Assembly (NCBI GenBank): GCA_047495785.1
Contig: JBLDXI010000007.1
Location: forward strand, 310,001 to 374,000
Length of the DNA stretch: 64,000 bases
Direction: 5' to 3'
Origin: Lepidodermella squamata
Taxonomy: Eukaryota; Animalia; Gastrotricha
The notes under the pieces are model-generated. The model ran no database searches, was not told the DNA's origin, and was given only the letters and a program-made list of their open reading frames with translations. Below, in pieces: positions 49,906 through 62,234 of this stretch (its first letter is position 1; each line of letters starts with the position of its first letter). A program made the translations under genes and the position numbers.

Positions 49906-52900
49906 ATGCGATCAAGTTTTTACCTGTTTGTCATATTCATGACTTTCGGCAGAAGGGCCCAAGCTACACAGTCTATAGGTAAGCTAGACCATCGTAGGTT
50001 TCTCAAAAAATTTAAATATTTTTTAAATAAAGAAACGGTTAAAGCTTGCTCGCTAAATGAGTCATCCGTCCCTTCTAACTACACCCGATATGAGGGAGCA
50101 AGGTATCCTTTTACGGAAGCCGCTCTTCAATTATACACACATCTTCAGGTATATGAAAACTATCTCTAATTTCCTAATTAATTTAATTTCAATTAATCAG
50201 GTTAGCTGTGATGGTCAACTCGTAGAATGGCAGTTTGCGACCCGAAATAAGTTGGTCTACGGCCTTCATCTTGGCGTTTTCCGCCTTAATACGGGCGAAG
50301 TTTACTCTCTAGTCAACTCGACCTACATCCGCCTTAATGCTGTCCGCAGTTCAAAGCCTGGCCCGCAGTGGGTCAGTTTTGTCCCAGCAGAGCCGTTCCC
50401 TGTCCGTAAGGGCGACATCCTCGGCATATTTTACGACAAATTTCGAACACCGAAAAAGTTACTAACCATCATAAACGCAGGTCCTCAAACCCGCGAGGAA
50501 AGGCCTAATACGTTTGTTTTCCCCGTTGGGTTGACTGAAATGCCGGCGACTTATCGCGATTTCGAAAGTTTGAAACTCCGCATTTCGAAAGCAACAGCCT
50601 TCGAGTACCGGGACCCGGCGTTAACTGCGATTATCAAGCATAACGTGGCTGTTCCTAGGTCGGCGAACAGGCCTGTCGCTGCCCCTGTAGCACCTCGAAA
50701 GCCAGTGCTGAGATCGACAAAATCTACAACCACTACCACTACTACTTCAGTAGCTACAAGATCTAGAAGGCTACGGAAGACGACTACAACTTCATCGACC
50801 ACTACTCAAGTACCTTACGAGTGTTCTGCTAAGGACGAAATCGTTAGCCCATTCGGCAAGTCGTTTGCCAGTATGAGCACGACAGCGTTTCCTTTCCTCG
50901 AATCTGGATTGCATGTCTTTCAAGAGTTGCGAGTACCATGCCGTGCTTATTTAGTCGAATGGACTTTTTTGATCCCGCAGCGGCATCGGATGGTCGATGA
51001 CCTCCACCTAGCCGTATTCCGACCGACTGATGCGATGAATACAGGGTTTAGAATCGTAGGTGCGACGCATATCCCGCCGCTTCCGCTAGATCGGTCTAAA
51101 TCTGGAGATTGGCTGTCATTTGTCCTCTCCCCGCAGCAACGGATTCTTGTGACGAAAGGCGATTATCTCGGCTTCTACTACACTCAGTTCAGCACAGTTT
51201 CAAAGGCGTTAACAATCCTTACCACGAATGAAGTTGGAAATTCGAATGCTACAACTTGGGTGTTTGAGTACGACAATAGGACCCTTTCAGCGGCTAGCGC
51301 TCGGGAAATAACGTTGAATGCTCAAAAAGCGGATAAAACCAAACGAAGGCCAGCTCTTATTGCCAAGTTGAGCTTTGATCTTCAATCAGCGACGGTACCT
51401 TCGAGTGATACGACTACGATGGAGCTGTCGATAAATTCGAGAGTTCCAGGCAGAAGGCGGCGGCCTACGTCGACATTGGAGCCTGTAACCTCACCCACCA
51501 CTACCCCAACGACTAAAACAACTACAATCAAAAAGATGACAACCCCAGAGCCGCAACATATGGTTAGGATTTAGCTTCTAATATAGATTATTTTAATTTC
51601 AATTTTGTTTAGAAATTTTTGAATGTCGTTGATAAAGGTAGAACGATCTGCAGCTTTTATCGAACGACTACGACGATTGTAGGCTTTTTTAAGGTGGCTC
51701 AAGACTAGGCATAAAGTTCGTTTTTTTCAGCTCGAGTTTAGTACGGAAGACGAATGCATTGACTTCGCTGGGGATAATCAAAAAGAGTGCAATGGTCTTG
51801 ATAACAGTTTTGGGGCCTGCGTTGCAACCTCAGCAGACTGCGGTCGAATCAAATCAACCCTGGTAACGCAATTATCTATCCCTATTAATATATATCTTTA
51901 TAATTTCCTATTTTTTAAAGTATGCACGGCACGATTCGAGCGGAGATTGTCAAAGCAGTGTCGACAGTTATTTCAATTCTTGCATCCATCGAAATGCGAA
52001 AACAGGCACTACGTACTGCGCCCCGCTTGTTCACGGGTCTTTGGGTTGCTTTGTCAACGAAGACATGTGCCAAAGGGCTGGCAACGCGTCCATACCTCCC
52101 CTCGAAAAGCCGCTGAAAGCTAAACCCCGAAGAAGTCGAATTATAACCGCGAATACCAATGTAAATTTAAGGATTTTCTAATAGGTAATTCCTAATTAAT
52201 AGAAAATTCTTATTCCAGGTCTATATGAATGTAATGGAGAAGGGAAAAACGATTTGCAGCTATCATCCTTCAGCAACCACCATAGTAGGCTATATTTCAA
52301 TTTTATGAAATTAAAAATGGCGGAATTTTTCCATTCAGTACACCTTCGCAACATTGGATAACTGTCTATTCTTTGTTGGGGTGAGTTTTCGATTTGGATT
52401 GGCCTTAATTTTTCCAAATTTTTTTGTTCATTGAAATAGAACAACACAAAGATGTGCGAAGAGGAGATATCTGGCCTAACAATTTGCGTTGATAAGAAAG
52501 CGGAATGCAGTTTGCTTCAATTGAAAACGGTAACGTGACTTGAAAATCCGGCAAAATTATCGATGATTTTAAATGAAATTTAGACTGAAATTTTTGATAC
52601 TTCGGAGGAATGTTATGCTGAAATCGATAGTTACCACAACTCGTGTTTGCACTCCGACGATGAAACTGGCGACATCTTCTGCTCCCCGGTGATGTATCAC
52701 GCAGAGGTAGCACCTATAGCCCTAAATTAATCACCCTTTTCCTAATTTTTCATTCAAGGTTTGCTACATCGACAATGCGGCTTGTTTGCTGGATAGACAA
52801 AGCCGGCTGATATCCGGAAATCGAGCAGCTGAATTGAATAAAACATCCCACAAGTCGTCTAAAAGATTGAAAACAGGCGAGACTGACCTTAGCAGTCAAG

Positions 52901-53641
52901 ATTTCCAAGCAACACAGATAACCTATTTAAACCTAATCTCTCGAGGAATAACTGTTTGCGAAGCTAAAAGTAGCAACGCGACCTTGGTAAGCTGAAGAAA
53001 AAAATTATTGAAATTTTGACCTCTCCTTTCGCAGACAACTTTTGCAGATCTCCAAAGCTGTTTAGACTTCTCTGGGGTATGTTCTTTTAGCATTCGTTTT
53101 TTTCTTGATTTTCTTGCCAATTTTATAGGACAACAGAAAAGTTTGCGGGGAAATAAATGGCGATTTCGGAGCTTGTGTTGACAGTAAAGCTGACTGTACG
53201 ATTATTGGTGCAATGCCGGTAAGATTTGACCCAGGTTAAATTTGAAAATTTTCAATTCTTTTTAATTTTTGTAGTTCCGAACTCATCCTACTAACACTGA
53301 TTGTGCTGCAGAGGTTGACAAGTATTACGTGAGTGAATGGTTTTGTTCGCCGTAAAATTTGACCCATTTTTTAATGAATAGGCCACGTGCATCCAGGTCA
53401 AGCCAGATGGCAAATGGTTCTGCTCAACAATGGCGAAAGACTCTATTGTATGTGTATCATCACAATTATTTACACAGATATTTTTTTCATCATAATGTAC
53501 CTATCTATCTTGCAGAGTTGTTATCAAAGCGATGTAACTTGCCAGGCTGCGTTCGAACAAGCGCATAACCGCAGCATGATGCATGGGAAAAGTCCGGCGA
53601 ATAGTCTATCATTTTTAACGGCATTTTTTCGGCACCGCTGA
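49906..53641 (+). CDS. G17: secreted protein; 2x domain X, Thr/Arg linkers, 3 tandem copies of a 10-Cys module
   Basis: MRSSFYLFVIFMTFGRRAQA; large exon 50201-51562; then a chain of small phase-0 exons (51613-53641) that splice into one open frame ending ..TAFFRHR*. Confidence 0.8.
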
Positions 53642-54175
53642 TGAGGGACGAAAAGTGGAATATTCAAACACCTGTTGTGATAAAGAAATGCTCGAAAACA
53701 TGCCGTATGTAAATACGTTTCGTGGCCGGAATAATTATTCTCTCAAAACTTTTGTACGAAAAACGCGTATATCTTTTCATAATCTTAATCGATTCATAAT
53801 CGTTGGAGAAAGCGGAAATTTTTCATTAAAACCAGCGTTGTTTTTGCTACTTGTGTTGCTGTTTTGTTTGTATAATCTTGTGGCAACGACGTGTTAAGAG
53901 CGGAGACACCAAGCTCGAGTCAGCCATTTTGATAGTACTAAGAAAGATTACACGGAAAATGATGAGGGTTTCAAGTGACAGCCGCAGAAAATATGCGTCG
54001 ACTGCGTATTTGTTTTTGAATTTCAGACGCGGCACCACTTAACAGCTTTAACAGACAATGCAGCGAGCCGGCAAAAAGCCCCGAAGCGCGCCACGCGACG
54101 CCACTCGCTCGCTCATCGCCGCCTTATCCATGTACAGGCCATTTTACACGCTACATTATTTCCGCCGCCGAAATC

Positions 54176-56261
54176 ATGCCGTATCAAGTTGAACTAATTT
54201 ACTGCATCCTGTTGCCGTTGCTAGGGCTGGTCTCTTTGATTAAAGGAGAAGTCTGCTCATCACCCGACGGCACCCTCGTGCCAAGGGAGTACAACCGCAC
54301 CATCGTCCTAGGCCGGCATCAATACATCGAGCCGTACCTGCAGATCTACACGAACCGCAAGGTTGAATGCGACGGATTTTTGTCCGAGTGGCAATTTGTG
54401 GCTCGCAATAAAATCGTCTACGCGCTTCATATGGCCGTTTTCCGCCAGGAGAACTCAACAGCGCTATTCCGCCTCATCAACTCGACCTTCATCCCGCTGA
54501 GCGCTGTTCGAAATTACAAGGGCCGCCCGACGTGGGTGAGCCACAAGCTCAGCGATCCGATCCCAGTTAAAACCGGCGACTATCTCGGCGTTTTCTACGA
54601 AAAATTAGACGTGCCTCAGAAGCTGTTGACAATCATTACCCGGTCGACTGGTAACGGCATTGAACCGAACAAAATTCAGAACACGTATTTGATCCCTACT
54701 AGTAATCAAAAGTTGAGCGCAGAATCAGCTGGGCCTAATTACGTTATTGATGTTAGAGCTGATAATACTTTGTTCGAAGATCGCGAACCTGCGTTATCTG
54801 CTATCATCTCACGGGTGAGAAGTGTTCGTAATGACGTAGTCGCTGGTCCGAAATCTCCGCTGGCGGAGGTTTTCCCATTCAGGCTGCTAGGCCCGGCTTT
54901 TGACAACGACCCAAGCCTTGGAACTCTTAGCGCTGGTACGGAAACTTGCTCACCCTCCTCCGGATCTTCGTTCGTCTCGGCTTTCAGAGGAATGAAGCTG
55001 GTTTTTGGTGACCATAGGTATTACCCATCTCTCGAAGCTGGAATGCACATCTTCGAAGAACTTCGAGTAGGTTCCCCCTTAAATTTAATATTCAAAATTA
55101 ATTGTTAAATTTGTTAGGTTCCATGCAAAGGATTTTTATTAGAATGGAACTTTCTAGCCCCAAGCACCGACCATCACTTTATGTACGGGTTGAACCTGGC
55201 AGTTTTCCGCCCGGTCGATAAATCAATGACAGCTTTCAGAGTCATTAATGAAACGAGGATCGGAGTTGCCCGCATCACGCCGACAATTGCCGGTAAATGG
55301 GTTGCCTACACCCTGCCGGCTGATAAACGCCTACCAGTTGAAGCTGGCGATTACCTAGGATTCTTTTACAATCAATTCAAAACTATGTCCCACTTCCTTA
55401 CCGTCGCGACAAGCAATGACGATCTCGGGAATAATTTCAGAACTTGGGTGTTCGAATACGATAAGAGGACAATCGAAAGTCCTATGTCAAATCGTAATTT
55501 AGTTTTTTTTACTCAAAATTCAAGTTGTTATATCGATTTTTAGGGACGGTTTACTCTAAAGAGGCAATCAAAACCCGCCGCCGGCCGGCTTTAGCTGCCA
55601 AGGTTGGATTGCCGAGTGGGGGCCGAACCGACCTGGTCTCCATCGAGACCACGAAGGTGCCTGAAATAACCAGCATGCGGACGGTTAGAACATCGACGAC
55701 AACGGCTGGTACGACCACGGTCACTAAAATGACAACGACCCGAACCCGCATCCGGTTGAACGTGATTGGCTCTGGAAAAACGACATGCACCGCCTCGAGA
55801 ACCAACACTTCAATCGTGAGTGCATTGAAATTATTCGAAAAATTCAATAATTTATTTAAAAATTTCAAATAGTTCGAGTTCGAAAATCCTGAACAGTGCA
55901 AAATTTTCACTGGTGACAATAGACGTGAGTGCAAAATTGAAGCGGCTGCGGATGGCAGTGGCTACGGCATTTGTGTATCCACCCTGGCTGATTGCGAGAG
56001 AATAGGCGGCGAGAATGTGAAATTGCACCGCGTCGCCACGCTTTGTTACGCTGTTGTTAACCGCAATTACGTAAGAATCCAGCTTAAAAAAATTACAATT
56101 TTGCTGACTCATTTTATATTTTGCAGAGATCATGCCTTCATGAAGATGCTGAACAACAAATGTACTGCTCACCTGTCTCGGCTAAATCTCTACGCTGCTT
56201 CCCGAAAAACTCTGAATGTCAAGAATTTATCAATAATAACTTTTATGCTTATGATACTTGA
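54176..56261 (+). CDS. G18: secreted protein; 2x domain X, Thr linker, 1x 10-Cys module
   Basis: MPYQVELIYCILLPLLGLVSLIKG; EPYLQIYTNRKVECDG; EAGMHIFEELR|VPCKG; module LNVIGSGKTTC..FENPEQCKIFTGDNRREC..CFPKNSEC; TGA 56259-56261. Confidence 0.85.
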
Positions 56262-56583
56262 TATTATATATATTAAAAATTTAATAATTATAATAAATGT
56301 GCAAAAACGTCTTTAAATGGTTACAAAGTGTTTTTATCGTCAAGTCTCATTGAGGTAAAAAAAAAGACGAACACTTGGCTGGCTGGCTTCTTTGAGATGA
56401 AATGTTCTAATTTTGTGCCGGCGGCCGAATTTTCACGCGTCCCATTGTTTTAGGTAAGCATGCCTTTTGTGTACCCGTCGTTAGCAAGAGCTTCCTGCTC
56501 GATTGTTATCAAAACTGCAAACAACATCATTTATGACCGAGTCGGGTATGCGCAACATAAGCGCATAGCACGGCCTCAAAAAT

Positions 56584-59500
56584 ATGACGAGAGACTTTCG
56601 GATTATCTGGCTATTTTTAGCCTCATGTCTAGCCATCAATGCTCAAGATTTAGGTAATTTTCCTATCACGGAAATTTACCAATAATTTTCAATTTCGTTT
56701 CAGACGAAACGTGCCCCCGAAGTGGCACCCTAGTTCCCCCTGCGGGCCTTTTCGAGCCGAAATTTTATAAAATATCCGACGCTGGTCTTCAAATATTCAC
56801 CAATCGAAGAGTTATTGCTATTTACATCTGCGTAGGAATTTTTTGTAATTTTATGCCTTTCAGATTCCTTGCGATGGCGATTTGAATGAATGGAAATTTG
56901 TGGTAGAAAAAAACTTCACGTATCGCTTGTATCTGGCCGTATTTCGGGCGATGGATATCCTGCCGAGCGGCGAGATCGCTAAGTTTCGACTTGTTGGCCA
57001 GACGAATCTTTCGGCTATCACCGCCATAAAAATTCCACAGCCTTCAAATGAAACAAAATTTTGGACAAATTTCTACCCGAAAATTCTTATACCTGTCAGA
57101 CAAGGAGATTACCTCGGCATTTACTACCAAAAATTCAGCTCAAGCCATAAATTGTTGACCATTTTGAATGCGCGGATGAAACGAGAGGCCACTCGCGATT
57201 GCGCTCGAAAAGGCGTTACTTACGTATGGCAAGCCGATGCAAATGATACGAGCATCAATGAGCCCGCTTTAGTTTCTGCATCGTGTGAATTTCGCGAGCC
57301 TGCTCTTGCTGCTATCATTAGGTTTTTTTACTTATAAGCTTTCCGAAATGTTTTACATGGGGTATTTGTTGAATAGTGGGGTTCCAGTGGTAAAAACACG
57401 TGCCCCTCCGACAATTCCCACAACATCTACTACGACAACTACGACGACTTCCACGCCAACAACTACTACTACAACAAGAACAACAACTACAACGACCCCT
57501 CCAACAACTCCTCCGGAATACACCACGTTCGTTTCATAGTGAAGTTATTCGAATATCGAATAGCAGGATCCTGAATGAAAGCCAATGATTGATCAGAAAC
57601 AAAAACGGATGAAAATTCGGGTTCTTAGCTTGTGAAATCCCCTCAATTAGGGCCCTGAGAAGGACTGGGGAATGTTAATTAATTAATTTTAACATTTTTC
57701 CAGTAGATGTGTTTCGTTGTTACAGGAATTTTTTAATATGAAATTCGCTTTTTCAAAATGTTATTAGTCCAACGAATTAATTTATTGACCTTTTTACTAT
57801 GATATAGAGATGTAAATGGGAATGCTGTGTCAACCCGTACACCAAGACTGCCGAGGACGACTACTACTACGACCACTTCTACGACAACGACGACTACGAC
57901 TACAGAAACAATGTCAACAACAACCAGGCGTAAGAGTCATTTTTCAAATGTCTTCTATTATTTTGTGACACGAGATTGTTCTGTCAGCTAAATGTTCAGA
58001 AAAAGATAGCTTGATTGATCCGTTGGATAAAGAATCGCAAGATCAGTGGCAAAATCCGTCTTACTTCAAGTTTCGCGAGGGCGGCCTTCAAATTTTCAAC
58101 AAGTTGAAGGTTCCTTGTAACGGCTATTTGGTCGAGTGGATATTTTTGATACCTAAAAACCTCGAGGTTATCTCCAATTTAACGCTTGCCGCTTTTCGCC
58201 TCAATCAAACTTCAATGGAATTCGAAGTCGTCGGCTCAAATCCCTTGCCTTACATTGCCTTGAAAGTCGCTAAAACTGACAAATTTGCAGGGCTCGTTAC
58301 TTATAGCCTTCCAAGGCAGAAGCAATTCTACGTTGAAAAAGATGACCTCCTCGGTAAGAAATATTATAATAGAGACATTCGAGCATATGCCTCCTATTTT
58401 TTTTGATCAGGCTATTATTACGATCGATTCGCTTCCAATCTTTTCAATCTTTCTATCATATCGAACCCAGCGCGTGATCGAAGCGAGGCGTCAAAGACTT
58501 GGGTCTTCCAATTAGGCGCTAAGGAGTTGAATGAACAAAACAGTTACGAACCACTTTAAACTGGGACACTGAATTTGAACTATATTTACTCCAGGAACCC
58601 TGCCGTTAAGTGACGCTATTGAATCGTTCCGGTTGCCAGCATTGCGTGCGAAAGTTAACATTGAGCCTAGGTATAAGACGTGTCCCTATACAGCTATAAT
58701 CATCAAAAATGATTGAAATTTCAAAAAGGGTGACTCGGCCGGTCAGGTCGACTACCACGGCAACCCCAACGACAACAACCCCAGACATTTTTGCGCCAGT
58801 AACCAAGTTCCGCCGCACGACGTTTTGGCCAACAATACCAGGTGTAACCCCACCAAGAACGACCCTGCCTCCAGATGCGGTTTATTTCAACGTGTTGGCT
58901 CGCGGCCAAGCAGAATGTGGCTTCACCCAGGACAGCTCGACCTTGGTTGAATATTACTTTTGACAGCAAAATTCTTATACATATTTTTTCAGGTTGCTTT
59001 TGACACTGCTGAGCAATGCCAGAAATTCATCGGGGTGAGTTTTTCATAAAATCATAGTTAGCTCTCACTTTACATTTACTTGACGGAATAGAATCAAAAG
59101 TATCAGTGCAGAGGTCCACGAAGTGTATTCAGCGTTTGCGTTGACTTTACGGCTGATTGCTCATTCCTGATGGAGGGAGCCGAAGTGGTTAGTTTGAAAT
59201 TAACAATTTTGCCGTTCCCAAGTCAAATTTTCATCTTACAGAATAAAAATTACAAAAACTCGTCGGAATGCTTCACAGACATAGCTGCGAGTCAGGTAAA
59301 TTTACCTTATTTCTACGCATTAATTATTAACATGAGAATTTATCTATATCATAACAGCCGACTTGTCTTCATATCAGCAATACTGTGAGCATTTTACAAC
59401 CGCAATTTTACTGATGTTATAAGTTGAAATTTTCTCAGGGTCAAAAATTCTGCTCAACACTGAAAACGACTGCTCTGGTAATAACAATTTAGATATCTTT

Positions 59501-59628
59501 TTAACTTAATGACTCGATTCGAATGCATTTATCAGGCTTGCTACGCTAGCTATAGAATGTGTCAGCGTGCCGTCACCGGAATCCGAATGTCAGCGAAAGC
59601 AGCAAGCTCTTTCATAAAAATAGCTTGA
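56584..59628 (+). CDS. G19: secreted protein; 2x domain X separated by Thr tracts, 1x 10-Cys module
   Basis: MTRDFRIIWLFLASCLAINA; DAGLQIFTNRR|IPCDG; EGGLQIFNKLKVPCNG; module over 7 exons including a 27-nt exon PTCLHISNT; TGA 59626-59628. Confidence 0.8.
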
Positions 59629-59782
59629 AACAGCGCACTTGAAGCCACTTTTGTGCGGGAAAATTATCATTATTTACATAAGCATATAATCGCTTTGTTA
59701 TAATTATTGAGAAATAAAGAAGCTTTTTCATATACTCGGAAGTGGAATATCTTGAAAGAAGAGCAGTTTTAATTTTGTGAAC

Positions 59783-62234
59783 ATGCAGGTGCTAATAGGC
59801 TTATTAGCCTTGATGCTGACTTTTGGCAGGCGAGCCTCAAGTTTTGACTGCCCTGTTGAGTCATCTCCCGTGCCTACGACAGGCCGCCAGTTACCGTCCC
59901 TCTACCCACTGACCGAGACCACGCTCAACATTTACACCCATCTATCAATTGGATGTAATGGCTTCATCAATGAATGGCAATTGGCGGCTCAAAACCAGGC
60001 TGTTTTCGCGTTGAATCTCGCGATTTTTAGAATATCACAACGAGCGGCTGACGGGCGACCTTCAGCGTTCAAATTGATCAATATGACTCACCTCGACCTA
60101 ACAGTCATCTATGAATACAAAACTCAGCCGTTATGGGTTAGATATTACCCGAAATCGCCTATTCCCGTTATGGAAGGGGACATTATCGGTAGGTTAAGGG
60201 TTCAACAACGTAACGAATTGTCAGCAAATTTATTAATATAGGCACGTTTTACGATCGAACCAGAATACCTGTAAAGCTGCTGACCATCAAAACGCGAAAA
60301 GCTCCAACCCCACCCACTGCTTTTTTTGTTCCGAATACTTTCATTTTGAAAATGACTGCCAAAGATTTCGGTGAGTCTATCGCGTGAAAATATGTTTGAT
60401 TTTTATTGTTTTTTTCTGAAAGCTGATAATGAAACAATCGATCTAAATGAACGCAGCTATTTGTTTGAATATCGAGATGTCGCGCTAGTTGCTTTCGTCA
60501 GCGGTAACAAGAAAAGGCTCATTCGTTCGACAACTACAACTACAACGACATCAACTACTACAACCGAACCAACTCCAAGAAGGCCGGGTTTCCCCCAAAC
60601 CACGTTGAATAATACCACTACATTTCCAACTAACAGCAGAGGTATGAATCGCCCCCGAAAATTCAGAGAAAATTCCTGTATCATTTCTGTAATAGTGGTT
60701 GACTGTTCCAATGATGATAGCTACGTCTGGGCTGGCGAGGGGACCTTCCCGTTTGATGCCGATAATTTCGTGAAGACCCAGTACAACCTGTACGAAGCTG
60801 GCCTGCAGATTTTTGAAGAGCTACGAGTTTCATGCCGCGGTTATTTAGTTGAATGGGACTTTCTATCGCCACCAATCAAACAAAAAACGATTCATAACCT
60901 GACATTAGGCGTGTTTCGCCTTTCACCTACCGATAGCTCGGTTTTCCGATTGGTTGGATCGACTAAAATTACGTCACTCACTGTCCCTCCGCATTTGATT
61001 GACCGATGGGTGGCGTTACCTTTGGCACCGCGGCAACAAATTGCTGTGGAACCTGGAGATTACTTGGGTAACATACAGGATGATTGCTGATTACTGAATA
61101 TTTACGATGTTTTTTCCAGGATTTTATTACAATCGCTTCGATACAACTGCGGAGAATCTGACTATCAGGACTAGCGTCAGTGTTGATAAAACTTACCCAA
61201 CGTGGGTTTTCGAGAGTGACGCAACGCAACTGAACAAATCCAATTGTAAGAACATTTCCTTTATCATTTTTTAGTGATTTTATCCTGTTTTGTTTCAGTG
61301 ACTATATCAAAAAAAGACGCTGGAAAGGTTTATCGTCGACCGGCATTGCTGGCTAAAATTAACAGGGAAAATCGGTTGTCGACTCCCAAGCCTACAACGC
61401 CTAGTGATGGTATTTTCACCTTCCCGCCTGACTTCGATCCGAACAAAATCAAAGACACGACTGAAGTAAAGTTCCACGGCAATTTCCTCAGAATTTTGAG
61501 CCGTGGGAATTCGGAATGTTCTTTCACTCGAGACAGCGCGGCTCTGGTGAGAAAATTACTGTTATCCTAATACGGCTTTTTAATTATCGCCTTCATAGCT
61601 TGAGTTTGACAACAACAAGGACTGTACCAATTTTGTTGGGGTATGGCTTTCATATTTTCGCTGAATTTATTTTGTCTATAAGCATTGAAATTGAAGAATA
61701 AGTTGAAGCTCTGCATTCATCCGACCAAGGTCTTCGCAGTTTGTGTTAACAGTGCTTCTAACTGTTCTGTCATCGGGGCGAGAACGGTACAGTATATTTT
61801 TTAGCTGCAACAGAAAGTTTACAGGTTGCAACTTCAAATAGATCGAAGTCTTCGATGAATTTCGTGAATGCCTTGATCAAGTTGAAAAGTATCAGGTAAT
61901 TTTGCAAAATGTTTATTTTTATATTGCATCAATTTTTGACATTTCAGTCCACATGTATTCACGTGGATCAATGGGTATGATCTGCTTTATTATTTGGGGA
62001 TTTATTCATTTAATTTTTATTATAAGGGTGAACGATTTTGCTCTACTTTTCGATCTCCTGCTACATTGGTAAGCTAAACTGTGAATCCAAGCGATAGGTC
62101 TATATTTTTTTATGGTATTTCAGGGCTGCTTCTCCAATGACTACCAGTGTCAGAAAGCTACTTTGAGAACGCTTCAGTTCGATTCAACAAGAGATCGTCC
62201 TGTTCTGAAGCTGGCCCGTTTCGCTAAAACTTGA
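59783..62234 (+). CDS. G20: secreted protein; 2x domain X, Thr linker, 1x 10-Cys module; same module exon structure as G19
   Basis: MQVLIGLLALMLTFGRRASS; ETTLNIYTHLSIGCNG; EAGLQIFEELRVSCRG; module LRILSRGNSEC..CFSNDYQC with 27-nt exon STCIHVDQW; TGA 62232-62234. Confidence 0.8.

Noticed and set aside
52786-52840. LDRQSRLISGNRAAEL resembles G4 IDRRESLSGNRAAAL (~13628-13675)
   Set aside because: The contexts are non-homologous (linker between 10-Cys modules vs last strand of domain X); the short match is treated as coincidence.
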